A DNA stretch of 64,000 nt, taken from the IMG/VR virus record IMGVR_UViG_3300037524_002016, positions 1 to 64,000 of that record; one strand, written 5' to 3'. How positions within the stretch are numbered: the first letter of the stretch is position 1; each line of letters opens with the position of its first letter. Under the pieces are notes generated by a model that had not been told where the DNA came from, did not search any database, and saw only the letters and a program-made list of their open reading frames with translations. Made by a program: the position numbers and the translations under genes. The DNA comes from a virus. Below are positions 1-8,556 of this stretch, piece by piece.

Positions 1-244
1 CCCGGGATGCGACCCGGGATGCGACCCGGGCTGCGACCTGGGCTGCGACCTGGGATGCGACCGGGGCTGCGACCCGGGATGCGACCGGGGCTGCGACCCG
101 GGATGCGACCCGGGATGCGACCCGGGCTGCGACCCGGGCTGCGACCTGGGATGCTGTTCAGACTGCAGTCCTGAACACCCAACACGGAAGGCAACCGCCA
201 TGACTACTGTAAAAGATGCGACCCGGGATGCGACCGGGGCTGCA
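1..244. repeat. 12-bp tandem repeat array, unit C(C/T/G)GGG(A/C)TGCGAC
   Basis: About 12 consecutive copies from 1 to ~153 (array runs off the window start) and about 2 more at ~215-244. Confidence 0.95.
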
Positions 245-288
245 GTCGAGGATGCTCTTCGAAACGCCCAGCACACGGAGCCACCCTA

Positions 289-492
289 ATGAGCACCACC
301 TCCCAGCGTACCTGGGCCCCGCGAATCAACGCAACACAGGCGACCCGTCATGCCGCCGGCTTGTCCCTCCCATCGGGAAGCGAGGGCGCCTATGCCCGGG
401 TCGATTCCCGCACCTGGCAGGCAACCAAATCGACCATGAACACCGCCCTGTGGGCTTTGCTCGGCCCTAACCATCCCGACCACACGAGATAA
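289..492 (+). CDS. hypothetical early protein
   Basis: ATG preceded by GGAG; co-oriented with the downstream gene run. Confidence 0.5.
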   Translation: MSTTSQRTWAPRINATQATRHAAGLSLPSGSEGAYARVDSRTWQATKSTMNTALWALLGPNHPDHTR

Positions 493-497
493 CGACC

Positions 498-899
498 ATG
501 ACCATGACCAAGATTAAAACACTGACTGACCTGCTTCCTCGGCCCTTCCTGGCCAACATCCGCAAAGCTACCCCCGCCATGACCACCGCCAAGGATCAGA
601 ATGACCTCTACATCGAGGCCATCGAGGCCGAAATCGACTCCTTGGCCACCAGTCTGCCGGACCTGGCAGAAAATCTTGCCGAGCTGTTCTCGGATCCTAA
701 GACAGGCCAGGACTCGGCGCGCCGAGTCTTGGCGTTCATAGGCCTGTGCCCAGATCTGCACGATCGTTACCGGGCCCTGTTCCGCGAAGAGGCCGAGGCC
801 AGGCTCGCGGCTCGCATCTGCGAGTCTGACGACACCCTCGAGCCCCCGATCGAGCCAAACATCCACATCGGTCTGACCGGTAGCTTGATTCGTTATTAG
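498..899 (+). CDS. hypothetical protein
   Basis: 133-aa ORF, GC3-rich codons, CACACGAGA...ACC-ATG leader. Confidence 0.75.
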   Translation: MTMTKIKTLTDLLPRPFLANIRKATPAMTTAKDQNDLYIEAIEAEIDSLATSLPDLAENLAELFSDPKTGQDSARRVLAFIGLCPDLHDRYRALFREEAEARLAARICESDDTLEPPIEPNIHIGLTGSLIRY

Positions 900-924
900 A
901 CACAACCTCACACGAGACCCAACC

Positions 925-1374
925 ATGAAATTCCGTACCCTGAACCTCAAACCCTTCGACCTCAAACAGGCCCTCGCCGGGGCGCCTGTAGTCACTACCC
1001 AGGGGCATTTGGTTACCGAACTGGAATATGACCCCGCATGCGACGACACCTACCCGGTAAAGGGGTGTGTGAAAGACATCTATCGGGGATGGACGGACAC
1101 CGGACGCTGGTTAAACGCCATGCCCGATCCGTTGGATCTCCGGATGGTAGACACGGACACCGCGGATATCACGGACACCGCGGATATCACGGACACCGCG
1201 GATATCACGGACACCACCAACCTCCTGGCCGAGGCCCGAGACATCCTGGCCGAGATCGTTAACCAGGAGAACCCCAATTCCTGGGGCTACGACTGCGCGT
1301 ACATCGCGATGAATGATGACTGGCGAACCCGGGCCCGGGACCTGCTTCGCCGCCTGAAGGAGTCGCAACCATGA
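925..1374 (+). CDS. hypothetical protein with internal DTADIT repeat
   Basis: 149-aa ORF; ATGA overlap with the next gene. Confidence 0.8.
   Translation: MKFRTLNLKPFDLKQALAGAPVVTTQGHLVTELEYDPACDDTYPVKGCVKDIYRGWTDTGRWLNAMPDPLDLRMVDTDTADITDTADITDTADITDTTNLLAEARDILAEIVNQENPNSWGYDCAYIAMNDDWRTRARDLLRRLKESQP
1152..1215. repeat. 18-bp tandem repeat CACGGACACCGCGGATAT x3.5
   Basis: Exact copies at 1152, 1170 and 1188, partial at 1206. Confidence 0.95.
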
Positions 1375-1649
1375 GACTCGAAGACATCCTGCGGCAGCAG
1401 GCCCACTACTGCCAACACATCCTCGTGGAGGTCGACCGCCGGCTGCCGACGGTCCTGATTCGTGACAACGAGTCCGGCCAATCCGGAGAGCCCGCCGAAG
1501 ACAGGCTCGACGTTTTCCTGCAGGGCGACGACGCCGAGGAATTCATCGACAAGCTCGACGAGCTTTCCGAGCAGTGCCCCGACCTCGACTTCGACATCAT
1601 CGAGCGGGCCGCAGCCTATGACTACGCGGAGCATATAACATATGTATGA
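1371..1649 (+). CDS. hypothetical acidic protein
   Basis: AAGGAG RBS, ATGA coupling. Confidence 0.8.
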   Translation: MRLEDILRQQAHYCQHILVEVDRRLPTVLIRDNESGQSGEPAEDRLDVFLQGDDAEEFIDKLDELSEQCPDLDFDIIERAAAYDYAEHITYV

Positions 1650-1884
1650 CATAAGGGTCGGACAAATCTACGTCGCAGCGGACGGCAGCCGGTGCGGTCA
1701 TCTGGTGACCGACGTCACCACCTACCGCTCTTGCGAGGACGTCGTCACCACACCCTTCACGGCCAAGGGCTGGGACCCGCCGGGAAACCGGATCGATGCG
1801 CTTAAGTTGACCGTGGTCCGCTATCGGCTGGTTGATGCACTGCCTGATTGGGCACCCAAAGATGACCCACCTGAGTCAGTGTGA
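1642..1884 (+). CDS. hypothetical protein
   Basis: GGAG RBS, overlaps upstream stop. Confidence 0.7.
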   Translation: MYDIRVGQIYVAADGSRCGHLVTDVTTYRSCEDVVTTPFTAKGWDPPGNRIDALKLTVVRYRLVDALPDWAPKDDPPESV

Positions 1885-2164
1885 GCAGTGCCAGGACCCG
1901 ACTTGGCCTGCCGAAGGCCCGACTTGGCCTGCCGAAGGCCCGACTTGGCCTGCCGAAGGCCCGACTTGGCCTGCCGAAGGCCCGACTTGGCCTGCCGAAG
2001 GCAGGTCAAGTCTACCCGCCACCCTCGTCATCACCACCCGCACCGAAACCCTGCACCTCTGCACAGCCCACGCCAAGGCCTGGTTGGCCGAGCACCGGGA
2101 CTGGGGCGAGGTGCGGATTGGTTCTCTGAATCGGATTTATCCTCTGAAGGAGAAACACTCATGA
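1862..2164 (+). CDS. small CxxC...CxxH zinc-finger-like protein interrupted in-frame by a repeat
   Basis: CEQC...LCTAH motif; stop overlaps next ATG (ATGA); the repeat reads as PTWPAEG x5. Confidence 0.6.
   Translation: MTHLSQCEQCQDPTWPAEGPTWPAEGPTWPAEGPTWPAEGPTWPAEGRSSLPATLVITTRTETLHLCTAHAKAWLAEHRDWGEVRIGSLNRIYPLKEKHS
1900..2012. repeat. 21-bp tandem repeat (GACTTGGCCTGCCGAAGGCCC x4) ending in a 29-bp hairpin
   Basis: Units at 1900, 1921, 1942, 1963; the unit at 1984 completes GACTTGGCCTGCC-GAA-GGCAGGTCAAGTC. Confidence 0.95.
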
Positions 2165-2460
2165 CCACCAAAACTTACACCGTCGCCATTTACCGCGGCC
2201 ACCGTGAGGGCCCGAACCTGGTCCTCATTCCGGACCCGGATCTGATCGAGGAATCTCGTTGGGTCCCGCGTTCCTGGTCCGACGAATGGGCGGCATTCGA
2301 ATCCACATCGTTGAGCCAACTCGCGTTGAACCTGACCCTGAACAAGGGCCGGCCCCTGGCCTTTAACACCACGCCCGAGAACTACCGGCTGTTTGCCGTG
2401 GTGTCGGAGGGCGCGCCGGAGCGAATGGTGAAGCGGATTTGGCCGGACGAGGAGGCTTGA
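2161..2460 (+). CDS. hypothetical protein
   Basis: AAGGAG RBS before ATG 2161. Confidence 0.75.
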   Translation: MTTKTYTVAIYRGHREGPNLVLIPDPDLIEESRWVPRSWSDEWAAFESTSLSQLALNLTLNKGRPLAFNTTPENYRLFAVVSEGAPERMVKRIWPDEEA

Positions 2461-2463
2461 GCC

Positions 2464-2622
2464 ATGACCAAAGCCGAACAAGCCAAGTTCCTCGACGACC
2501 TCCTCACCGATCTCCGTACTTACCTGGAAAACCGGCTACCGGACGTCCCCGGCAACTGGGACGGTCACGAACTCCGGCGCTGGATCGCCGACACAGTGCT
2601 GAATTTTCTCAAGGGAGACTGA
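2464..2622 (+). CDS. small hypothetical protein (52 aa, MTKAEQAKFLDD...)
   Basis: GGAGG RBS; fills the gap between neighbours; below the ORF-track cutoff. Confidence 0.7.
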   Translation: MTKAEQAKFLDDLLTDLRTYLENRLPDVPGNWDGHELRRWIADTVLNFLKGD

Positions 2623-2623
2623 C

Positions 2624-2986
2624 ATGGACGACTTCACCCTCGCCTACATCGAATGCGCCCTCTGGACCTTGCCGGTCGAACACCCCAGTACGGTTTACAC
2701 CTGCGATGATCTGGCCCCCGAGACCCTGCAGAAAATGGAAGAGGACTGCCGCAAATTCCAGGAGGAGAACGCCACGCTCTTCCTGCAGGTCTACGACAGC
2801 CGGCCTGACTACGACGAGTCCAACGCCGGCCACGACTTCTGGCTCACCCGTAACGGGCACGGGGCCGGCTTCTGGGACCGCGGCCTGGACGATATTGGCG
2901 AGGCCCTGAGCGAGAAGGCCCGGGCTTTTGGCGAATGCGAACTTTACGTCGGCGACGATGGCAAAATCTACCACTGTGGAGGCTGA
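2624..2986 (+). CDS. conserved phage early protein (AGHDFWLTRNGHGAGFWDR motif)
   Basis: Motif recognised from phage early-region hypotheticals; GGAG RBS. Confidence 0.8.
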   Translation: MDDFTLAYIECALWTLPVEHPSTVYTCDDLAPETLQKMEEDCRKFQEENATLFLQVYDSRPDYDESNAGHDFWLTRNGHGAGFWDRGLDDIGEALSEKARAFGECELYVGDDGKIYHCGG

Positions 2987-2987
2987 C

Positions 2988-3242
2988 ATGAAGTTGCAAT
3001 TCTTCAACGACCCCGGCCACGGCTGGCTCAGGGTGCCCCGCAAGATCCTGGTTCAGCTGGGTATCCTCGACCAGATCTCCAGTTACTCCTATCAGCGGGG
3101 CGACGCTGTCTACTTGGAGGAGGACTGCGACGCCAGCAAGTTCCAGGCCGCGGCGAATGCCGCCGGCCTGGAAGTGACTTTCGCCGACCACTATTCGGGC
3201 CGGCCCAGCCGGATTCGCAGTTACGAGGGGTTCAAGCCCTGA
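2988..3242 (+). CDS. conserved phage hypothetical protein (DPGHGWL...YLEEDCD)
   Basis: GGAGG RBS; recognisable motif. Confidence 0.8.
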   Translation: MKLQFFNDPGHGWLRVPRKILVQLGILDQISSYSYQRGDAVYLEEDCDASKFQAAANAAGLEVTFADHYSGRPSRIRSYEGFKP

Positions 3243-3335
3243 CCAGCGAGGGTGAAGACAACGGGTCCTGGGTCCAGACCTGGTCCTGGGTGAGTTTTGC
3301 TGGCACCCCGCTCGACAAGGAGAAGGAGGACGAAG

Positions 3336-3716
3336 ATGGCGAATAGCAACTGCCTCGAAGGTCTCCGCTGCCCGCACTGCGGCAGCTACGAGCCGTTCAG
3401 CATTGAGGGTACCGTCAGTGCCAAGGTCTACGATGATGGTGTCGACGAGAGTAAATGTTTCGAGTGGAACGACGACAGCCAAATCGTTTGTCATGACTGC
3501 GGACGGGACGGATTGGTGCGGGAGTTCAAAGTCAAGGAGGATGACGAAGTCGACATCCCGAAGGACCGGCCAAGGCCCCGCGTCCTCATCATCGTCCTGG
3601 GCGGCGTCGTCGAATACACCGTCGACGGGGACGTGGACGTGGCCCTGGTCGACTACGACAATGGCGACGTGATGGTGGTGGAAGGCTTCGAGGACCTGGC
3701 CTCGCCAGCTACCTAG
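3336..3716 (+). CDS. zinc-ribbon protein
   Basis: CPHC...CHDC; AAGGAGG RBS. Confidence 0.75.
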   Translation: MANSNCLEGLRCPHCGSYEPFSIEGTVSAKVYDDGVDESKCFEWNDDSQIVCHDCGRDGLVREFKVKEDDEVDIPKDRPRPRVLIIVLGGVVEYTVDGDVDVALVDYDNGDVMVVEGFEDLASPAT

Positions 3717-3734
3717 CTACCTAGCCCAGTTAGC

Positions 3735-3763
3735 TTGTACTGTCACAACAACGGCAGTACACT
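3735..3763 (+). promoter_or_regulatory. sigma70-like promoter overlapped by an inverted repeat
   Basis: TTGTAC-N17-TACACT; TGTACTG/CAGTACA inverted repeat. Confidence 0.5.
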
Positions 3764-3800
3764 ATACCCCCACCGCCACTTCCCCATCTCTGGAAAAATT

Positions 3801-4061
3801 ATGGACGTATGGACTCTTGTGATTAACAACGCCGAGGGCCTTCAGTGCCACGGTAGTTACAATCCAGCCGATGTCGACGCCAAACTTCTGGACTACGTCC
3901 AGGAACGTTGGACGACCCGGTACAAAAGTCGGGCAATCCCCGACGATCCCGAGGCCGCCATCGAGGCCTACTTCAACCGGCACCAGAATGAGCAGTATGC
4001 TCGGTTCCGGCTGCCCCTGACTGACCTTTCTCTGGAAGGCCAGAGCACTTTGACCAACTAG
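3801..4061 (+). CDS. hypothetical protein
   Basis: ORF just downstream of the putative promoter. Confidence 0.7.
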   Translation: MDVWTLVINNAEGLQCHGSYNPADVDAKLLDYVQERWTTRYKSRAIPDDPEAAIEAYFNRHQNEQYARFRLPLTDLSLEGQSTLTN

Positions 4062-4070
4062 GGGTATCAC

Positions 4071-4451
4071 ATGAGAGACCTGATCAAGATCGACAAGTCC
4101 CACGGCATCATCCGCCAGGGCGACGTCCTCCTCATCCCCGTGAAGGCCATTCCCACCCAGGCCACGGCACTGCCCCCGGACGAGCCCCACCGGGTCATCC
4201 TGGCCCACGGTGAGGTGACGGGCCATGCCCATGCCGTCTACAAACCGAAAGCCGTTGTTAAGCAACGACTTGACCTGCCGCAGGCAGGTCAAGTCGATAA
4301 TCAACCTGCGGCCTTGACGTTTTTGCAGGTCCTGGAAACGGTCAACCTGGGCCACGAGGAGCACACTGCAGCACCGCTGAGCGCGCCGCAGTACTTCACC
4401 ACCATCCAGACCGAGTACACGCCGGAAGAACTTCGGAACGTGGCTGACTGA
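4071..4451 (+). CDS. conserved protein (RQGDV...HGEVTGHAH...HEEH), usual partner of DUF6745 genes
   Basis: His-rich conserved motifs; a DUF6745-like gene lies downstream. Confidence 0.8.
   Translation: MRDLIKIDKSHGIIRQGDVLLIPVKAIPTQATALPPDEPHRVILAHGEVTGHAHAVYKPKAVVKQRLDLPQAGQVDNQPAALTFLQVLETVNLGHEEHTAAPLSAPQYFTTIQTEYTPEELRNVAD
4266..4296. repeat. palindromic element copy 2 (perfect 14-bp stem, GCA loop), inside CDS
   Basis: CGACTTGACCTGCC-GCA-GGCAGGTCAAGTCG. Confidence 0.9.
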
Positions 4452-4453
4452 CC

Positions 4454-4482
4454 GACTTGGCCTGCTGAAAGCAGGTCAAGTC
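4454..4482. repeat. palindromic element copy 3 (intergenic)
   Basis: GACTTGGCCTGCT-GAA-AGCAGGTCAAGTC. Confidence 0.9.
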
Positions 4483-4544
4483 TCATCAAATCCCGACCAG
4501 GGCCAGACTCCGCTTCTGGCCCTTTAACTTGCACATGGTGGTCA

Positions 4545-4781
4545 ATGTACGCTGAAGAAGTCAAAGTACTGACCCGCATGGAAGCCCGTGGCCCCCTCAT
4601 GAGGGCACTCTGGACTTCAATCAACATCGACATCCTTGACGTTGTCAACGAAAAGCAGGTCACCCTTCTCGGGATCACCGCCCGACCCCACCGCGCCACC
4701 CAAGACGACCTCGAAGCTGTCACTCGGGTCGCCCATGTGACCGACGTTTTTTCCAACCTTTCCAACCTCACGCGAGACTGA
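4545..4781 (+). CDS. hypothetical protein
   Basis: 78-aa ORF in the operon. Confidence 0.55.
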   Translation: MYAEEVKVLTRMEARGPLMRALWTSINIDILDVVNEKQVTLLGITARPHRATQDDLEAVTRVAHVTDVFSNLSNLTRD

Positions 4782-4784
4782 CCA

Positions 4785-5903
4785 ATGACTGACATTATCC
4801 GCGAAAAAGACCGCATCGCTGGACCCCTCACCGAAGAGGAAAAGGTCCAACTGAAGGCCCACGCTGACCTCTGGATTCAGCGCATCCTCCGTACTGATCC
4901 CATAGAACCTGACAAGATCAAACACTCGATAAAGGACCTTTATCGAGTGTCAGACTTAGCTGAACCCTATGTGGCGGTCGTGACCAGTCCCGTCATGGCG
5001 GCCTTCGCCGGCGGGGCCATTGCGGCGGTAATCGAAGACGGCACGGTGACCGATGAAGAAGTCCCCGCGACTGTCGATCGGATCGTCGGTCGATTCACCG
5101 TGGTGGTCCCCGTTCCGGGGACCACCGTTGAACAGGCCTACGCCGCGCTCTGCAAGGAGATCGGTGGCTCCCAAGGCCTCAAGCTGGCTTCCCAGATCGA
5201 CACCTACATGGCCGGCGGTAACATGTGGGCGCAGTATGACTGCCTCCTGACCGCCATGCGAGACGTCCTGGGGCTGGACCTGCCCGAGCATGTGCCCTAC
5301 AAGGCCTGGGAGGAATGCGCGATCCACGGGTCCTTCCGGTGGCTCCACGAAAAGTTCTGCCTAGTGTCTGACTTCCCTGAAGCCATTCGCCAGGATGAGC
5401 AGTTCAGGCCGCACTGCGATGATGGTCCGAGTCATCGGTGGCGGGACGGCTGGGAGCTTTTTTATGTTCACGGGGTGAGAGTACCGCCCAAAGTGGTATT
5501 ATCACCCGAGACATTAACTGCCCAGGAAATCTCCGACGAGGTCAACGCCGAGGTCCGCCGAGTCATGCTGAGCCGGTTCGGCCTGGCCCGCTACGTCAAG
5601 GAGGCTGGCTTCGACGTGGTCTGCGAGTACCCAGAAGACCACCCGTTAAAGGGCCTCCGCACGGCCCAGGTGATCCGCAAGGAGCAGGAAGACGACGAGC
5701 CCATCGTCGTGCTCGACATGCTCAACAGCACACCGGAGCCGGACGGCACCACCAAACGCTACACCATCCGGGTGGATCCCAATGCCTACGATGGGTTGGC
5801 GTCCGAGGACTGCTTGGCGGCGATGGCCTCGACGTACCGGCTGCCGGACGGGAGCCTGGTGTTTGAGAAGCCGGAGGATTATCAGCCGGCGTTCGAGTCG
5901 TGA
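4785..5903 (+). CDS. DUF6745-like domain protein
   Basis: PHCDDGPSHRWRDGW..YVHGVRVP, NAEVRR and NSTPEPDGT..Y.IRV motifs. Confidence 0.75.
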   Translation: MTDIIREKDRIAGPLTEEEKVQLKAHADLWIQRILRTDPIEPDKIKHSIKDLYRVSDLAEPYVAVVTSPVMAAFAGGAIAAVIEDGTVTDEEVPATVDRIVGRFTVVVPVPGTTVEQAYAALCKEIGGSQGLKLASQIDTYMAGGNMWAQYDCLLTAMRDVLGLDLPEHVPYKAWEECAIHGSFRWLHEKFCLVSDFPEAIRQDEQFRPHCDDGPSHRWRDGWELFYVHGVRVPPKVVLSPETLTAQEISDEVNAEVRRVMLSRFGLARYVKEAGFDVVCEYPEDHPLKGLRTAQVIRKEQEDDEPIVVLDMLNSTPEPDGTTKRYTIRVDPNAYDGLASEDCLAAMASTYRLPDGSLVFEKPEDYQPAFES

Positions 5904-6094
5904 ACGTAGCCAGTGACACCTACACGGTATTTGCCAATTTCGCTAATGCGCTGACCAATGCAATCGTGAACAACGAAGGCCGCTGGCTGGGCAGCACCGG
6001 AGACTTAGCTTCCGAAGCCCTTGAAGAGGTTTACAACTCTGACCGCCTGGGAACGGCCGTCTGGCGGGCACTTCATACCATCGAACCGCCCTAA
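5900..6094 (+). CDS. hypothetical protein
   Basis: GTGA overlap with the upstream stop. Confidence 0.5.
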   Translation: MNVASDTYTVFANFANALTNAIVNNEGRWLGSTGDLASEALEEVYNSDRLGTAVWRALHTIEPP

Positions 6095-6152
6095 CGTCTC
6101 CACCTTGGAGTTATCATAGGGGCTCCCGTGAACCACACCTCGGCGAGTCCCT

Positions 6153-7958
6153 ATGAAACTCCTCTCCATTCTGGCGCTGGCGTTTATCAGCGCACTCCTT
6201 CCGTGGCAGGCCCAGGCCGAACCTCAGTTCGTGCCGGGCCGGCTGCTGGTCAAAGTTCAGAAAGCTGTAACAGATAAGCAGCGGGTCAGTTTATTTACAT
6301 CGTACGGAATAACTGAAGAGCCCGATCCTCTGCTTGCTAAGCTCTACACCTACAAGGTCAAAGTGCCATTCAACGAAGAAGACGAGTTTATTCGTCGGCT
6401 GTCAGGGCACCCGCTGATTGATTACGTGGAAAAAGATCTGGTCATACCGCCGGCTGCAGTGCCGAATGACACCAGTTACGGTTCGCAATGGTATCTACCA
6501 AAGATTAATGCACCGGGGGCTTGGGACATTACCACAGGAAGTGCCAGTGTTTATGTAGCCGTATTGGATTCTGGGTATCAACTAGACCACCCAGATATGG
6601 TAGGTAAATTTGAAACCAGTCTAGGAAAAAACACAGCTTTAAATAATACAGATCTCAGCCCGGTAGGCTTAATTCCTGATCACGGTATGAAGGTCTCCGG
6701 ATTAGTTGGAGCCGTGACTAATAACAGCACTGGAATAGCTTCAGTTGGATGGAATACAAAAATAATACCCATTCGCATTACCGACGCCAGCGGCACTATT
6801 CTTTGGTCGGCGATAGCCAGCGGGCTGGTCTGGGCAGCGGATAATGGCGCCAGGGTGGCGGTGGTCAGCGCTGAGCTTTCGGTCGCTTGCAATCCATTTT
6901 CGTTCGTTACTTGGAACACTGTAGTAGACGCAGCACGTTATTTTTTAGGTAAAAACGGTTTGACGGTTATTGCCGCTGGAAATGCGGGCTCTGACTATAA
7001 TTGTCCAAGGGCCTCTGAAATACTGTTTGTCGGCAACACTGAGAGTGATGATACTCGCAGGACCACTTCCAATTACGGTTGGTTTCTCGATGTTATGGCA
7101 CCAGGTGCAAACATTTACAGCCTGAGCACTGGCAGTGGCTATGCTTCGGCCAGTGGAACGTCGTTTTCATCTCCCATAGCGGCCGGAGTCGCGGCTTTGA
7201 TGGTTGCAGCCAACCCCACCATCTCGCCGACCCAGATCGACACCATCTTGAAGGGGACGGCCTACCGGCCACCCAGCCTCGGCAACGTGTGGCCCACGCT
7301 GTCCTACGGCTATGGCCGGGTCGACGCGGCTGCCGCAGTGGCGGGTGCTGTAGCTGCCGCCTCCGAGGTGGATCGGCAACCGCCGGAGGCCCGCATCACC
7401 ACCTACAGCCTGTGGGAAGTCGTGGCGGGTACCGACACGGTGAAGGTCGAGTTGGAGGACAACGTCGGGATTGTCGAAACCGCGCTCTTTACCAACAAGA
7501 GCAATACTCCGGTGGCCACCAACACGGTACCGCCGTTCGACGAATTTTCCTGGAACACAATTACGGCGGGCGACGGGCCTGTGGCTATCACCGTCAAGGC
7601 CAAGGACGCGGCCGGCAACTGGGGCGAATCCTCACCGCCCACCTGGCTCTGGGTCGACAACGGCGTCACCCCGGACACGACCCCGCCCACTGGCACGGTG
7701 TTATCGCCGGCGAACTACAGCATGGTGAGCGGCAAGGTCGAACTCAGCGTCCGCGGGACCGACCCCGAGGGCCTGGAAGAGACCGTACTGATGGTCGATG
7801 GCCTCGTGGTGGCCGTCAACATGGACCGGAACACTCAACAGGATGTGACCTACAGGTGGAATGCAGGCAAGGCGTCCTCGGGGATCCACTTCATCACGGT
7901 GATGACGACCAACAAGAACAAGTTGACGGGCGGGCAAACGGTGATCGTCACGAAGTGA
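6153..7958 (+). CDS. secreted subtilisin-like (S8) serine protease with propeptide and two C-terminal Ig-like domains
   Basis: Signal peptide ending AQA; triad motifs VAVLDSG, DHGMKV, SGTSFSSP; oxyanion AAGN; D..PP-initiated Ig-like modules. Confidence 0.92.
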   Translation: MKLLSILALAFISALLPWQAQAEPQFVPGRLLVKVQKAVTDKQRVSLFTSYGITEEPDPLLAKLYTYKVKVPFNEEDEFIRRLSGHPLIDYVEKDLVIPPAAVPNDTSYGSQWYLPKINAPGAWDITTGSASVYVAVLDSGYQLDHPDMVGKFETSLGKNTALNNTDLSPVGLIPDHGMKVSGLVGAVTNNSTGIASVGWNTKIIPIRITDASGTILWSAIASGLVWAADNGARVAVVSAELSVACNPFSFVTWNTVVDAARYFLGKNGLTVIAAGNAGSDYNCPRASEILFVGNTESDDTRRTTSNYGWFLDVMAPGANIYSLSTGSGYASASGTSFSSPIAAGVAALMVAANPTISPTQIDTILKGTAYRPPSLGNVWPTLSYGYGRVDAAAAVAGAVAAASEVDRQPPEARITTYSLWEVVAGTDTVKVELEDNVGIVETALFTNKSNTPVATNTVPPFDEFSWNTITAGDGPVAITVKAKDAAGNWGESSPPTWLWVDNGVTPDTTPPTGTVLSPANYSMVSGKVELSVRGTDPEGLEETVLMVDGLVVAVNMDRNTQQDVTYRWNAGKASSGIHFITVMTTNKNKLTGGQTVIVTK

Positions 7959-8009
7959 CGGGTGAGGGTGTACACTATGGTCCTACTGTACCCACAACAG
8001 AGGACCACC

Positions 8010-8495
8010 ATGGAAATTATCCCCACCGGCCAACAGGCCGGCCCGCCCCGCGGTAAGCCGCACGTCGTCAACCCGGTCAAGGCCAAACTCAACATCCCGC
8101 TTTACTACAACACCGAGCGCGGTCCGGTGCCGTGGAACCACGGCATCTACTGCTCTCATGTGTTCGCCGCCACCGTGTTGGGTCCCCTGGAGGTCCTGTT
8201 CGAGCGGAACAACTGGGGCCTCTGCCACATCGGCTTCTATAACCCCCGCTTGGCGCGGACCAAGGCCGGCAAGACCATTCAGCCGGAACGCTGGAGCAAC
8301 CACAGCCACGGCCTGGCCGTCGATTTCAAGGGCACCGTCGACGAGGACGGCAAGCTCACCACCGTCCGCCAGCTGAAGGCCAAAGGCCTGCTCGACGACA
8401 TCGTCGGGCCCGTGCAGACCGCCATCCTGAAGGCCAACCGCAAGCCCGAAATCGTCGATGAGGGCGGCTGGCTGCACATCGGCATCTGGCCCTGA
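8010..8495 (+). CDS. extensin-like / peptidase M15 family zinc peptidoglycan peptidase (endolysin candidate)
   Basis: GFYNPR...SNHSHGLAVDF (SxHxxGxAxD) and WLHIG. Confidence 0.7.
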   Translation: MEIIPTGQQAGPPRGKPHVVNPVKAKLNIPLYYNTERGPVPWNHGIYCSHVFAATVLGPLEVLFERNNWGLCHIGFYNPRLARTKAGKTIQPERWSNHSHGLAVDFKGTVDEDGKLTTVRQLKAKGLLDDIVGPVQTAILKANRKPEIVDEGGWLHIGIWP

Positions 8496-8521
8496 TTTTC
8501 AACTTGAAACGAACACCGGGG

Positions 8522-8550
8522 TTGACATCAACCCCCGGTGTACGTACGAT
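8522..8550 (+). promoter_or_regulatory. sigma70-like promoter inside a 13-bp inverted repeat
   Basis: TTGACA-N17-TACGAT; ACACCGGGGTTGA-CA-TCAACCCCCGGTGT. Confidence 0.7.
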
Positions 8551-8556
8551 ATGTTC

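Noticed and set aside
1-2012. Tandem repeats as a CRISPR mini-array
   Set aside because: Units are contiguous with no unique spacers, and no cas genes are present
1881-2129. Alternative frame reading RLGLPKA repeats
   Set aside because: The 1862-2164 frame has a zinc-finger motif and ATGA coupling to the next gene, so it is the better call
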